Source of the DNA: an uncultured Acidimicrobiaceae bacterium
Lineage (GTDB): Bacteria > Actinomycetota > Acidimicrobiia > Acidimicrobiales > RAAP-2
Length of the DNA stretch: 40,617 nt
NCBI GenBank assembly: GCA_964615615.1
Contig: CAZTQJ010000001.1
Span: 1-40,617, forward strand
Reading direction: 5' to 3'
Below, in pieces: positions 15,439 through 25,929 of the stretch. The position numbers and the translations under genes are program-made. How positions within the stretch are numbered: position 1 is the stretch's first letter; the number at the start of each line of letters is the position of its first letter. The notes under the pieces were generated by a model, which saw only the letters and a program-made list of their open reading frames with translations, did not search any database and was not told the DNA's origin.

Positions 15439-17340
15439 CTAGGCTCTTACGATTCCGGGGGAATTGGTGAAATTAACTATGACAGTGGTCCCTACGGCAT
15501 CCACCCAGCCGACCTGCTGGAGGAGGTTGCCGGTAGTCGTTGGCGGTGTGAGCGTAGTTCCGCCAGCAGTAGAAAGGAACACCGGCTTGCCTACATCAGC
15601 GGCGGCATACGCACCAACTGGGATCACGGTATTGACACCGTAGAGATAGACCGTAGCAGTAGCCGCTGATGCGAAGCCAGCTAGAACAAATCCCTGAGCA
15701 GGCTTGGTGGCATCCGTAGAGTCAGCCGGTCTGGCGTTCTTGACCCCAGCGACGTTGTGGAAGTTGACCCACTGACCCGCCGTGAGCGTAGCAGAGACGA
15801 CCGCAGTCGTAGTGGGAAGTGCCGTGTATAGCGCGGAGTCCACCGTGCCATCGGCCTTGAGGAACTGAGCCGCAGTTCCACCTGTCTTCGCCACGGTGAG
15901 GGCAGTCAAGGCCCCGAGCGAGGTGATCTTCGCCACCTCAGCATCGGCGTAATTGTGGAGTGACCAAGCAGTAGCCCCGATGCTGTCGCCGAGTCGGTCG
16001 ATGATTCCGCTTCCAACCCCAACTCCACGGACTGCGCTTTCCAGCCCTCCGTAGACCAGGAGTTTCCCGGCAGGGTAGTTAGCCCGAACCGTCACAATCC
16101 CAGCGTGACGCACCTCACCAGAGGTTGGCTCAGTAGAGGTCAGGGCTCCAGCCGTAGAGACGTAGAGCTCCGTTCCTACCGCCCAGGCGTTTGTCTCAGC
16201 GTCACACTGGCCGGAGGTCGCTATAAATCCGTCAGCTTGGTGAGCGATGGGAGCGATGGTGATACCAATGACGTTGTGCTTCGCTTCGTCGGTATTGTCA
16301 GCCAGCAAGATCAGCGGGAGATTGTTGAACCCATTGACATAGACTGCTCTCGTGGAAGCGATGGTGACGCCAGTCTCGTTACGGACGTTCAGGCGGGTCT
16401 TATTCACACCAAGAATGCCAGCGTTGCTCATGGCCGCATCACCAGTGACAGCAACTCCCGTTGCGACATTGGATGCGTTGCCAACGAAGATGAAACCAGA
16501 GGTGAGTGCCGAAGTGAGCTTGCCGTTGAAGGTATTCCAGTCAGCCGCTGTCAGATACCCAGGAACTAGAGTCGTTGCCGCCGCCATGGAGATTGCCTGG
16601 GACTTCGCGGTGACCGCCCCCACCACGACTGGAGCAGTTCCAGAAACACTCTCTAGCACATTGACCTGAGCTCCGGCGGCGATGCCATCGAGCTTCGTGA
16701 TTTGCGTTGAAGTTGCGTAACCATCAACTGAAGCAGTAGCGGCAGGAATCGCAAAGGTGCGATTGGCTGAGAGATCTCCGCCGCCTGTGAGCGGAGCCGT
16801 GGTGCTGATGGTGCGGGTCGTGGGGACATAGCCCACCACAGAAGTAAGATAGTGCTGGGCCAGCACCCACTGACGGACGTCGGGCGCAGGCCAAAGGTCT
16901 TCGGGGTTAGTAGGACGAGGCGACGGATCTACCTGCCACTCCATAAAAGGAGCAGGGCGGGGCGAGACGTCGAAACTCAGATCATGAGAGGGCTCGATAG
17001 AGCGAGGATAGGGGTCATAGGCCAGAACTGCGGCATCATCAGTAGGAGAGGCTGAGAACCCGCCTACTCGTTGCTGAAGCTTGAGTAGCCAGATGTAGAA
17101 CGCCTGAGAGAAGCTATGCCCATCAGCCGTGATACACGCATTGGGAAGAGGCGGGGGAGGAAGAAGCGTCTGCTGGACAATCGCCGTCGTCGCCGCAGTT
17201 TGTGTCTGCTGATCTGTCGTAGCCGTGGGAGCTGTAGGATCAGCGGGGTCGGGTATCACAGTTGCCAGATCACCATCTAAAGCTGGGACAAACCCCCAGC
17301 CACCAATGATATCTGCATCAGTCTTGATTATCGGCCTCAT
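15439..17340 (-). CDS. Tail fiber protein (633 aa).
   Basis: Fiber-type motifs TAPLTGGGDLSANRTFAIP, SVDGYATSTQITKLDG and PGYLTAADWNTFNGK are present. Confidence 0.75.
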   Translation of the reverse strand: MRPIIKTDADIIGGWGFVPALDGDLATVIPDPADPTAPTATTDQQTQTAATTAIVQQTLLPPPPLPNACITADGHSFSQAFYIWLLKLQQRVGGFSASPTDDAAVLAYDPYPRSIEPSHDLSFDVSPRPAPFMEWQVDPSPRPTNPEDLWPAPDVRQWVLAQHYLTSVVGYVPTTRTISTTAPLTGGGDLSANRTFAIPAATASVDGYATSTQITKLDGIAAGAQVNVLESVSGTAPVVVGAVTAKSQAISMAAATTLVPGYLTAADWNTFNGKLTSALTSGFIFVGNASNVATGVAVTGDAAMSNAGILGVNKTRLNVRNETGVTIASTRAVYVNGFNNLPLILLADNTDEAKHNVIGITIAPIAHQADGFIATSGQCDAETNAWAVGTELYVSTAGALTSTEPTSGEVRHAGIVTVRANYPAGKLLVYGGLESAVRGVGVGSGIIDRLGDSIGATAWSLHNYADAEVAKITSLGALTALTVAKTGGTAAQFLKADGTVDSALYTALPTTTAVVSATLTAGQWVNFHNVAGVKNARPADSTDATKPAQGFVLAGFASAATATVYLYGVNTVIPVGAYAAADVGKPVFLSTAGGTTLTPPTTTGNLLQQVGWVDAVGTTVIVNFTNSPGIVRA

Positions 17341-18782
17341 GAGGTCCCCGACTTGAGCTCAAGTTCAGCTCCTGTAGCCGTGAACTTAATGGGGTCGGTG
17401 ATGCGGATTTCGTAGACACGGTTTCGTGACTGTCCCTGCTTATACCACATGACCCGAGTTCGGTAGTTGCCGATGGGGCCAAGCGAGCGAGCGACATAGG
17501 GCGACCAAGTGAACCCAAAATCATCAGACCAGCGCAGTTCAGCAATAGGATCTTGACCTACCACTGGAGAACCATCCAACCCCTGACCCATGGAGCCAGC
17601 GAGCTGGAAGTGCTGATAGAAGACACGATTCATGTTAGCTGAGAGATGTGGGGCGCGGCGGATCCGCACGATCGGGGCGCTATCGAAAGTGACAAGCGTG
17701 GGCGACATCTGGTAGATGTCTCCCGTAGCATAGTCGCCAATCACCTGAACACCGTAGGCTAGAGCATAGTTCTCTGCCCGATGCCGCTGCTCTATGCCAT
17801 TGTAGAGGAATACGCGCTCGCTCCACTGTTCGGTAGCCCCATCGTAGACCCAGGTCGCTGGAGTGTTCGGTAGATTCAGGCAATAGAAAGTGTGGCCGTT
17901 CTCCTGATAAGTCCAGGCAGTCGCCGTAGACAAGTCGGACTGTTGCTGAATAGCGAACTCTACGGCATGATTACTGATGCGCTTGGGAGTGAATCCCTGC
18001 GTAGTCCAGACAATACCCTTGGCCTTCGGTCCGCCACCAAGCCAGACGATAGCATTGTTGAACTTCTGGGCAGTATTCGCCGCCGCACACCCATACTCAA
18101 TGAATGCGCCATCAATGCGCTGGAAAGGAAAGTCAACATTGCCGGTATTCCACCAGACTTCGATAGTCTCTTGGCCTAGAAGCCAGACCTGTCGCATATT
18201 GGATACTACGGACACAATGTTATCAGGAGAACCCTCGGCGACGCCAAAGTCCAGGCCATCCCAGGTGAATCCATCATAAAGGCTAGAGATAGCGAACTGG
18301 TTAGAGTTCGCCGAGCCGGCAATGAAGTAGCCATCCTGGAATACGACGGTAGAGGATGCCGTGAAGTATTCGTTGGTAATCTTAGTCAGTTTGCCATCGA
18401 CTAGCGAAATGATATAGCCAGCCACCCCATCAACGATGATGAGTTGGGTGCCGTTATCCGCCATGGAGACGAAACCCGTAGAAGTGCCGATCGTGCCAGC
18501 AAGCGCAGAGGTCCAAACCCCAGCGGCCAACTGGACACGATAGACTTCGTTACCAGAAACAACGGCAAGCCGCCCCGAGGAAGTAAACCACATTCCACGG
18601 ATGGGGCCGAGACCTAGCGTGAGGAGTTTCTGATACCCAGGAACCTGAACTAGCGCGGCGACCTCACCATCGGCCTGCGTCTGGAGTTCGTTCACCTCAG
18701 GATACCAATTCACGCACCTCTGGCAGTCAGCAACCACTGACTGAAGTGTGTAGCCGGGGCCGATGAACCCAGGGAATCTCAC
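17337..18782 (-). CDS. P22 gp10-like tail hub (DNA stabilisation protein).
   Basis: It is 481 aa with a GTG start. The C-terminus YRTRVMWYKQGQSRNRVYEIRITDPIKFTATGAELEL parallels the P22 gp10 C-terminus, and the position after the adaptor fits. Confidence 0.65.
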   Translation of the reverse strand: MRFPGFIGPGYTLQSVVADCQRCVNWYPEVNELQTQADGEVAALVQVPGYQKLLTLGLGPIRGMWFTSSGRLAVVSGNEVYRVQLAAGVWTSALAGTIGTSTGFVSMADNGTQLIIVDGVAGYIISLVDGKLTKITNEYFTASSTVVFQDGYFIAGSANSNQFAISSLYDGFTWDGLDFGVAEGSPDNIVSVVSNMRQVWLLGQETIEVWWNTGNVDFPFQRIDGAFIEYGCAAANTAQKFNNAIVWLGGGPKAKGIVWTTQGFTPKRISNHAVEFAIQQQSDLSTATAWTYQENGHTFYCLNLPNTPATWVYDGATEQWSERVFLYNGIEQRHRAENYALAYGVQVIGDYATGDIYQMSPTLVTFDSAPIVRIRRAPHLSANMNRVFYQHFQLAGSMGQGLDGSPVVGQDPIAELRWSDDFGFTWSPYVARSLGPIGNYRTRVMWYKQGQSRNRVYEIRITDPIKFTATGAELELKSGTS

Positions 18783-19501
18783 TACTTCCCCGTCAGCCAG
18801 TTGAACGCCGCAGGGGGAGAGAGTAGCGCAGGATCACAGTCCAGATAGAGGGGAATAGAGTTGATACGCTTGACCTGGGCCAGCGAGTCCACGGCAATCT
18901 GGGAGACTATCGGGCTGGGCATCAACCCATACTCAGCAGAGAGCTCCATCGCCAAGTTGTAGATGATGGCTCGCTCATAGCCAGGGGGTAGACTCAGGTC
19001 AGTATTGATGTCGGCCACAGCCAAGACCTGATTCCAGGTCCATAGAATCAACTGATTGGCCTCGGACGGAATCGGCCATAGGTAGAGCGTGATATTCGGG
19101 AAGTCGCCAGTCGAATACATCTTCGTGGGATACGTAGACGATAGAGTTTTGACGGCGAGTTCTGACCACTCCTCATCCTCGATCATCTTGATGGGCAGTT
19201 CGATGTTTGGCACAGTAGACAGCACCCGCAGCAGAGCCCGATCGATACTCGTCGGGCGCAGTTGCGGGGCTGTCTGGATATCGCCAGTAGGGCCGACCGT
19301 GTAGGTCTGCTTACCGACGATGAGCGTGTATGCGTCGAAATTCTTGGTGTAGATGTTGAGGCTGTTGATATTCCATGCTTCAAGCATAGAATTCAATGCT
19401 GACAAGCCGTCCGCCGCATCACCAGCAGGTAAGGGAGTTCCCTGTGCCACGGCGCCGAGAAGGCGAACCGCTCGTGTGATGATGCTACGGACAGCAGTCA
19501 T
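18782..19501 (-). CDS. Head-to-tail adaptor-like protein (P22 gp4-position analogue).
   Basis: The call rests on its position between the head genes and the gp10-like gene. It is 239 aa. Confidence 0.5.
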   Translation of the reverse strand: MTAVRSIITRAVRLLGAVAQGTPLPAGDAADGLSALNSMLEAWNINSLNIYTKNFDAYTLIVGKQTYTVGPTGDIQTAPQLRPTSIDRALLRVLSTVPNIELPIKMIEDEEWSELAVKTLSSTYPTKMYSTGDFPNITLYLWPIPSEANQLILWTWNQVLAVADINTDLSLPPGYERAIIYNLAMELSAEYGLMPSPIVSQIAVDSLAQVKRINSIPLYLDCDPALLSPPAAFNWLTGK

Positions 19502-19503
19502 GG

Positions 19504-19722
19504 CTACTCCTTGACCTTGGGCCGGAACTTGAACTGGTCAGCAGAGGGGCAGGTTATGAGGCCGAAGTCGGAGGGGTTGGAATACCACCCATCCAGTTCT
19601 TCGAGCTCCTGCTCATCGTTGACAAGGATCGGTTCGTAGTCGGGGTGATACCTCCAAGTTGGGAAATGCTGAACGACGATGGCCTTGGGCTCGGGCTCAG
19701 CCTGTGCCTTTGGCGTCGCCAT
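19504..19722 (-). CDS. Hypothetical protein (72 aa).
   Basis: TAATG couples it to the upstream gene. Confidence 0.55.
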   Translation of the reverse strand: MATPKAQAEPEPKAIVVQHFPTWRYHPDYEPILVNDEQELEELDGWYSNPSDFGLITCPSADQFKFRPKVKE

Positions 19723-20006
19723 TAAGCACCGCCCTTCCAGAGACCGAGGCCAGTCAGGGTGGCGATGATCTCATTGACCTTGGCGATCAGCGAGTCACCG
19801 TGGGCCTTGTCGGAGAACCCATAAGGAGTCGTGGCCGTGAGGGTGTCGGCGAAAGCGACCTGGACAGCAGAGGCACGGCGAGCGACAGGAGTCGTGAGAC
19901 CGTAGAACCCGATGAGGTCGGTGGAGTTGGGGCCGAGGACGTAGCCATCCGGGGTGCTGGACGACACGACCTTGGTGCTAGAAGTGACGATATTGGGGTC
20001 AGCCAT
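19722..20006 (-). CDS. Hypothetical head-associated protein (94 aa).
   Basis: GGAGA lies 5-6 nt before the ATG at 20006. It is immediately downstream of the coat gene. Confidence 0.55.
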   Translation of the reverse strand: MADPNIVTSSTKVVSSSTPDGYVLGPNSTDLIGFYGLTTPVARRASAVQVAFADTLTATTPYGFSDKAHGDSLIAKVNEIIATLTGLGLWKGGA

Positions 20007-20057
20007 TTGATTCTCCAAAGATGCCCCGGCCGAAGCCGGGGCGTGAGGGGTTGAGGA

Positions 20058-21275
20058 CTAGGCTCCCTGAACTCGGCAAGCCAGTTCGGGGTAGATAGCG
20101 GCCCAGCCGTAGAGGACATCGAGGCGGCAGGGGAAGATGTCATTGACGATGTCGTATGCCCGGACCATGCGGACCGAGAGGCCGACTTTCTTGGAGCTCA
20201 CTCGGGCGGCCATGTCCACACCACCGGGGAGGGGCAGATCGGCGGAGCAGAGAGTGAAGGCGGCGGGGTGGTAGATCAGGTTAGTGGCGACCACCTGAGC
20301 CGTGGTGCCAAGAACGGTGATCAGAGCACCATCGGCCGGGAGAGCGTTGACCGTGGGGGTCTGGACGCCAGTGCCAGCGACCGTGAGAGGAGGATACACG
20401 GCGATGGAGCCGGTGCCGTCGGACAGCGAGCTGAACTGCGAGGTCACGACGAACTGGCGCAGATGGCCGGTGGTCTCGCGGGTCTGGGGGTTGACGGCGT
20501 AGACACTGGCGATGGTGAAGACGTCGCCCTTGTTGAGCCGAACGGCGGCGGCAGAGGTCCAAGCCTTGGTAGCGAGGCTGGAACCGGAGACAGCCGCACC
20601 ATCAATGGCCGGGGAGCCGCCCTGAACGCCGTAGGTGTGATTGTAGACGTTCTGATCCATGCTGAACTTCTGCCCAGCGGCGAGGCCCATGTTGCCCTGC
20701 TCATACTGGTCAGAGATCTGGCTGGAGCTGTGGAACAAGCCCTTCAGACCCTGAACCATGGAAGCTTCGCTCCAGGGGCTGAGGACGGTGGAGAGCTGGC
20801 CGTCCTGAGGACAGGCATTGTCAGCGAGGAGAGCCTTGCCCTTGAGGAAGTAATCGAGGTCGGTAAGTGCCGCCCCGGTTCCGGTCGTGTTGGCGACGGA
20901 CTGGTAGAGCAGGAGGCCATCACGGTCAATCTTGTTTGCGACCACGGCCATCGCAGGCTTGATGAACCGCTTGCTGAAGTCGTCGATGTTGAGCAGGAGG
21001 TCCTTGCTGGAGAACTGAATGTCGACGCCGAACTGGGTGGTGAGGACCACAGGGACGCTGGTCTCCACGGAGTTCTCGATCTTCAGGGTCTGTCCGGAGC
21101 GGCCGATGTAGCGGGGCGGCTTTCGGGCATTGACGGTATCGCCGACCTTGGCCCCAGCGACGGCGAACTTGTCGTCGTAGTCACGGTTCGCGCCCTTGGC
21201 AAAAGTGAGGTTGTTCTCCAGAACCATCGTCGCTTCGCGCGTGATGGTGCTGATAGTAAGAAGAGTATTGGACAT
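20058..21275 (-). CDS. Major capsid protein, P22 coat-protein-like.
   Basis: The N-terminal pattern ITREATMVLENNLTFAKGANRDYDDKF..GAKVGDTVNARKPPRY matches the family. It follows the scaffold gene and has a strong C-ending codon bias. Confidence 0.85.
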   Translation of the reverse strand: MSNTLLTISTITREATMVLENNLTFAKGANRDYDDKFAVAGAKVGDTVNARKPPRYIGRSGQTLKIENSVETSVPVVLTTQFGVDIQFSSKDLLLNIDDFSKRFIKPAMAVVANKIDRDGLLLYQSVANTTGTGAALTDLDYFLKGKALLADNACPQDGQLSTVLSPWSEASMVQGLKGLFHSSSQISDQYEQGNMGLAAGQKFSMDQNVYNHTYGVQGGSPAIDGAAVSGSSLATKAWTSAAAVRLNKGDVFTIASVYAVNPQTRETTGHLRQFVVTSQFSSLSDGTGSIAVYPPLTVAGTGVQTPTVNALPADGALITVLGTTAQVVATNLIYHPAAFTLCSADLPLPGGVDMAARVSSKKVGLSVRMVRAYDIVNDIFPCRLDVLYGWAAIYPELACRVQGA

Positions 21276-21286
21276 CTAGATCCCCT

Positions 21287-22108
21287 TCAGGATTGTTTGG
21301 CTCGCCACGCTCGGTATTCATCCAGGTCCATATCGTCGGGGGACTTCTGACCCCCTGAACCCTTACCTCCCGTGACAGGCGAGATTGGTTTCTTGGCTTG
21401 AGTGACCTTCAGTTGCGGGATTTCGTCTTTGGGTTCTGCCGCCTTGATCAGCCGGTCTTCAATAAGGCCAAGGGCTTTCGCGGCAGCGATAGGGCCTTTC
21501 TTGGAGATTTCTGTAAGTTCGTCAGGGTTGGAGGCGAGGTAGTAAAGGAGCTCGCCACCAATTTCCGATTCAATCAGCACGTCGTTCACAATGGGGCTGA
21601 CTGGAAGGTCTTGCTCTAGCAGTTCGGCGAGGTCAGGGTGCGTCTTGTGAGCGGCCTGCACTCGTTCCTGCCAAGAAGAGGTCTTAACCTCTTCCTTTTC
21701 TTTCTCTACTGCCTTGACGGTCTCGGCCCGAAGTTCCGCGATTGCATCCTTCTTGGCCTTGGCAGTTTCGAACTTGACGAGTGCGGCGATGTAGTCAGCC
21801 TGCGATTCAAAGAACAGGGGGTCGGGTGCCGTCTCCTCTGTTACTGCCGTCTCGGTCTTGGGCGTTTTCAGGGCCGCGAGTTCGGCTTCAAGTTCATGCT
21901 GGCGAGTGACCAGCTTGTCGATGCGCTTCTGAAAGCCGCCCTTCTTCTTTATTGCGGGAACTTCCTCTTCGTCTTCCTCTGCCGGTTCTTCTACCTTGGG
22001 AGGAACTGCTTCTTCCTTCTCAGGAGGCACAATGCCTGCGGCACTCAGCACCTGTTCATCGGAATCAGTGGTCGAGGAAATTTCAAGATCGGACATGGAG
22101 TTCTCCAT
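21287..22108 (-). CDS. Scaffolding protein.
   Basis: The protein is E/K/A-rich and helical and lies between the portal and coat genes. The alternative start at 22096 has a GGAG SD. Confidence 0.7.
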   Translation of the reverse strand: MENSMSDLEISSTTDSDEQVLSAAGIVPPEKEEAVPPKVEEPAEEDEEEVPAIKKKGGFQKRIDKLVTRQHELEAELAALKTPKTETAVTEETAPDPLFFESQADYIAALVKFETAKAKKDAIAELRAETVKAVEKEKEEVKTSSWQERVQAAHKTHPDLAELLEQDLPVSPIVNDVLIESEIGGELLYYLASNPDELTEISKKGPIAAAKALGLIEDRLIKAAEPKDEIPQLKVTQAKKPISPVTGGKGSGGQKSPDDMDLDEYRAWRAKQS

Positions 22109-22136
22109 GAATTACCCCGGTGAACTCGCCGGTAAG

Positions 22137-24302
22137 TTACTGAGGAGGCGGTGGACCAACCGGGGAGCCCGGACCAGTCGGAACGCTTGCATCAGTGTAG
22201 GTCGGTGGAGCAGTTGGCGCAAGGGTAGATTGCGCTTCTTGAGGGCTTTTTGTTTCACTGGAGGCTTCAGATGCGTCGGCCTCGGACTGACTAGCCTGCA
22301 GCTGCATATCGATCCACTTTAACTCGTTCTGCGCTAGGACATGAGAGTCCTTTTGGTCGATCTTCATGGTCTCAATCAGGAGGGCGTTACGGAGTTTCGC
22401 GAATTCGATCTTCTCGCGGCTCTCACGTTCTTCTTCCTTCTCCTTGTTCTCGTCAAGGGCGTGTTGAAGAGCCTTGGTCTGTGTCTCGATCATGAGCTGC
22501 ATATCCTGGATCTTCTTGATGGCCTCAGGAGGCATTTCCTCGCCACCCTGCTCGTCCTTCGCGTAGCCAGGAGGTAGGGTCTTCTTGAGCCGCTCGGAAA
22601 TTTCGAGCGCACCCTCCCAATCCATGTTGCCAACCACGATATCACCCGCAACTTCCATGAGTTTCGGGTAATTCTGGGACAATTGGAGCATTGAGGCCAG
22701 GGCTTCTTCTCGCTTGGTGTGGTAGGAGGGCCCTGCCTCGACGACGACATCGTATTTCCCGACTCCTAGAGCGTAAATCCGCTCGACCTTCGTGATAGGG
22801 TCGGTTCCATTGACTGGAGTCTGCCCAGGAGGGGCCTGCCCAGCTTGGCCGTTGATTTCCACCATTTTCTGACCCCCATCGGGGGCGATGATGCGGACGA
22901 TTCGCTTGGTGTCGTAGATTTTCGGGATGAGGTCCACTAAAATCCGCCCGACGTGGCGAATGGCCCGAGTCATGTTGTCGATGTAGTGAAAATTGCTGAT
23001 CTGGCCCTGATGTTGCCGAGCCAGAATCGCCCTGCCGGTCTGCTCGTTGCCCTGCTCGCCGAGGCTAGAGGCATAGATGCCAGTGGTAGCCTTGAGGTCG
23101 TCACGGCTCGCCATCCGGGCATGGTTGATGGCCTGGATGGGGGGCTCATACTGATTGCGCTGAGGCGGCGGGGCCAGATTCCCAGCCACAGTCTTCGGAT
23201 TGTATTCCAGATAGGCCAGATTCTTCCGGTTGGCCTGCGTCCATTTCTCCTCGTAGCCCTCGAACTGCCCAGCCACGCCGATGAAAGGGGCTTTCGGGGC
23301 CAGAGCGATCATCTCAGTCTCTGCGCTCACCCAGTAGTTATACATCCGGGCCGGATCCTTGGCATGGCGGACGATACCCTCCAGCACACGCTTCCCATTG
23401 ACGTCCAACTCATCGCCCAGCACAGGCACGATGGGGATCCAAATCCCGGGCCAGTCTGTTTCCTCGAGGACTTCGATGCCGTTCATCTTGCACCACTTGA
23501 CCTGAGGCACCGAAACGGTCCGCCTCATCTTGATGGCATTGGGCGGGGGAGTCTGGCCTTCCGGCAAGTCCTCCACATACCCAGAGGAACCGTCGGTCAG
23601 GAGCATCAGGGTCTTCTGGACGGTTTCCTTGTAGAAATACTCCATCACCCGACAGCCATCTTTGGCGCACCATCCCGGAAGCTGGTCGCCAACCGACTCC
23701 CAGTCAACGATCTGGGACATCTTCGACTTGGGGAACTCCTGCTTATACTCGTCTTTCGTGTAGTCGGCCGCTACGAAGCACCAATTGGAGTCACTCCCAT
23801 CAGGAGACTGACTGCTCGGGTCCATGTAGACGGTGAAAGGGTTCCGCACCCGCTTGAACTTGATGACTTGGTTAAAGGACTTCACGTCCTCGAACTCAGT
23901 CACGATGCGTAGATAGCCCAGGCCGGAGGTGACGGCCGACTGCCCAGCCGTGTCGTAGGCGATGTCGGCGTCGCTGTCATACTCGATGTGCCGGATCATG
24001 CCCTGGAAGACCATCGCCGTGTCCTTCGTGGCACCGTCGCCAGTGGGGGAGACATTGACGGCGGCACGATTCTGCCGTTGCTCGTTGGTCACCTGCCTGA
24101 TGAACTGCGGCAACTGGTTGATCGTCAGACAGGGCCGCTTGTCGAGGTCACGGTCGGACTTGATGTTCACTTCCCACTGTTCCCCGGCCCGAAACTTCAG
24201 GTCGTCCAGGGCCTTCTTCCGATTCTCGGCTTCCTCGTCGGACGCCATAGTCCATCGAGCACGAGCAACATTCAGGAACTCGGTATCGTCGCGCTTAGGC
24301 AT
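22137..24302 (-). CDS. Portal protein.
   Basis: It is 721 aa and lies downstream of terL. The N-terminal pattern ARARW...EAENRKKALDDLKFRAGEQWE...RPCLTINQLPQFIRQVTN is present. Confidence 0.85.
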   Translation of the reverse strand: MPKRDDTEFLNVARARWTMASDEEAENRKKALDDLKFRAGEQWEVNIKSDRDLDKRPCLTINQLPQFIRQVTNEQRQNRAAVNVSPTGDGATKDTAMVFQGMIRHIEYDSDADIAYDTAGQSAVTSGLGYLRIVTEFEDVKSFNQVIKFKRVRNPFTVYMDPSSQSPDGSDSNWCFVAADYTKDEYKQEFPKSKMSQIVDWESVGDQLPGWCAKDGCRVMEYFYKETVQKTLMLLTDGSSGYVEDLPEGQTPPPNAIKMRRTVSVPQVKWCKMNGIEVLEETDWPGIWIPIVPVLGDELDVNGKRVLEGIVRHAKDPARMYNYWVSAETEMIALAPKAPFIGVAGQFEGYEEKWTQANRKNLAYLEYNPKTVAGNLAPPPQRNQYEPPIQAINHARMASRDDLKATTGIYASSLGEQGNEQTGRAILARQHQGQISNFHYIDNMTRAIRHVGRILVDLIPKIYDTKRIVRIIAPDGGQKMVEINGQAGQAPPGQTPVNGTDPITKVERIYALGVGKYDVVVEAGPSYHTKREEALASMLQLSQNYPKLMEVAGDIVVGNMDWEGALEISERLKKTLPPGYAKDEQGGEEMPPEAIKKIQDMQLMIETQTKALQHALDENKEKEEERESREKIEFAKLRNALLIETMKIDQKDSHVLAQNELKWIDMQLQASQSEADASEASSETKSPQEAQSTLAPTAPPTYTDASVPTGPGSPVGPPPPQ

Positions 24303-25929
24303 TCATCCACCCCGTAGTTTCAAAGGAATAAGTGACATACTCTGGGTTCTTGGCGTCCTTCTTCAACAGACCTGTCCGTGCGACTTCCCTGCCACTCGCC
24401 ACTAGATAGCGGGTGCAGTCCATCAAGTGATCAAAGTCCTTAACGACCTTGCCCTTGTCATCGCGTCGATACATCCGGAACTCAGTGAACCAGTTCTGCA
24501 TACTGGAACATACCTTGATCTTACCAGTGGAGAGCCCCTGCCAGACCTTGTAGATCCCACTCTCCACACCGTTGTCCGCAGGTTGGAGAATCAGACCGTT
24601 GTCCTCGTAAAGGGACAGCAACTGGACGCCATCGGCCTGACTCTTACCTCGGCTTGCAGGGTCAATCACACCATGGATCCACTTACCTCGGGCGTGGATG
24701 CCCTGCACATGGATGATCGGCTCGGCCTGGGAGCGATAATACTCGCTATAGAGGTAGAGCGTCCCAGTCTCCAGGTCCCATGCTCCCCAGACAGCGGCGG
24801 TCTTATTCCACCCGACGTCCAGGGCGAACGCTCGGGGCCAGTGCTCAGGAATCTCAAAGTCGGCGCAGGTAATCTCGCTCTCGAGGACAGGGTAGATGGC
24901 ACCACTACCGAGCTGAGGAATCCCCTTCGAACGAGCGTCCCGCTGAAATGGGGGGATCGACTCCCAGAGCTCGGCCTTCACCTTGTCGTCCAGGTGAGGC
25001 GCATCGTCCCAGGTCGCCATCACCACATACTTCGATGAGTTCGGCGCACTCGGATCGTCGATCGCCATGTCGTCCTTGAGCCGGCCTCCTGGGAGGAAGT
25101 CTAGCACCACCTCGCTCATGCCTTGGAGGGGCGTGAAGGTCAGGAGCATGATCCCATCGTTCGTCATCGTTCGGATGAGACACTCGGTATGGATCGCGAG
25201 TGGCGGCTCCTCGTCCTCTAGGATCACGTCCTGCTCGGTCCCCTCGAACGCTTTCCGCCCCTGCTCGTAGGACTTGAATTCTAGCTGACTGACCCCGCCC
25301 CAGCGGGAGGCGACATATATGATAGAGACTGAGTCGGCGACACCGCCAGCGGCAGTGACCTTGACGATCTTATCGTGCGGTATCAGGCCCTCGCCCCAGT
25401 GACCCACAGGCCCGAGGATCTTGTCCTGCAGAATTTCTCTGACCTTCTGCTGACTGACAGCGCAGGCCCATGCCTTAATCGGCTTGTGGAACTTCCGCCC
25501 GACCCACCAGTCCGGATAGTCACCCGTGAGGTGGAGGGTGAGCTCATAGAGCCCGACTCCCTCTGTCTTGCCGACTCGGTTCGCTGCCAGCATCAGCCGC
25601 TGACGATGTCTCGCCCCAGCGGCGAAGAACTTCATGTGCTTCACGTAGAGTTCTCGTCGCAGCGGCCCAGTGTCCGGGTAGAACGTCCGGATCTTGTTTC
25701 GCCGCTTCCGGCTGGCCTGCTCACGAAGGAGCGTAATCTGCTGAATCTTCTGCTCACGGGAGAGCTCGACCTGCGCCTCGGGCGTCACCTTCAGGTTCCT
25801 GACAGCTGGATCGTCGCTCAGGAAGACCACATCATCAACGAACGACTCATCCGTCGGCTTGGGAGGAGCCTTCTTCCGGCTACTCTTCGCCCTGGGCTTA
25901 GGAGTCTTGATGGTGATGGGCTTCACCAT
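24295..25929 (-). CDS. terL: Terminase large subunit.
   Basis: The Walker A-like motif AANRVGKTEG is present. The start at 25929 shares TGATG with the terS stop. The longer ORF to 26061 overlaps terS and is rejected. Confidence 0.9.
   Translation of the reverse strand: MVKPITIKTPKPRAKSSRKKAPPKPTDESFVDDVVFLSDDPAVRNLKVTPEAQVELSREQKIQQITLLREQASRKRRNKIRTFYPDTGPLRRELYVKHMKFFAAGARHRQRLMLAANRVGKTEGVGLYELTLHLTGDYPDWWVGRKFHKPIKAWACAVSQQKVREILQDKILGPVGHWGEGLIPHDKIVKVTAAGGVADSVSIIYVASRWGGVSQLEFKSYEQGRKAFEGTEQDVILEDEEPPLAIHTECLIRTMTNDGIMLLTFTPLQGMSEVVLDFLPGGRLKDDMAIDDPSAPNSSKYVVMATWDDAPHLDDKVKAELWESIPPFQRDARSKGIPQLGSGAIYPVLESEITCADFEIPEHWPRAFALDVGWNKTAAVWGAWDLETGTLYLYSEYYRSQAEPIIHVQGIHARGKWIHGVIDPASRGKSQADGVQLLSLYEDNGLILQPADNGVESGIYKVWQGLSTGKIKVCSSMQNWFTEFRMYRRDDKGKVVKDFDHLMDCTRYLVASGREVARTGLLKKDAKNPEYVTYSFETTGWMNA

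Noticed and set aside
20268-21350. 360-aa ORF antisense to the coat gene. Similar long antisense ORFs occur at 373-1149, 2736-3440, 3404-4141, 4174-4935, 22953-23912, 24427-25038, 25375-26016 and 34702-35295.
   Set aside because: These are typical shadow ORFs in GC-rich coding DNA. Each fully overlaps a gene that has recognisable motifs, and their products are low-complexity and rich in Arg, Gly and Pro.
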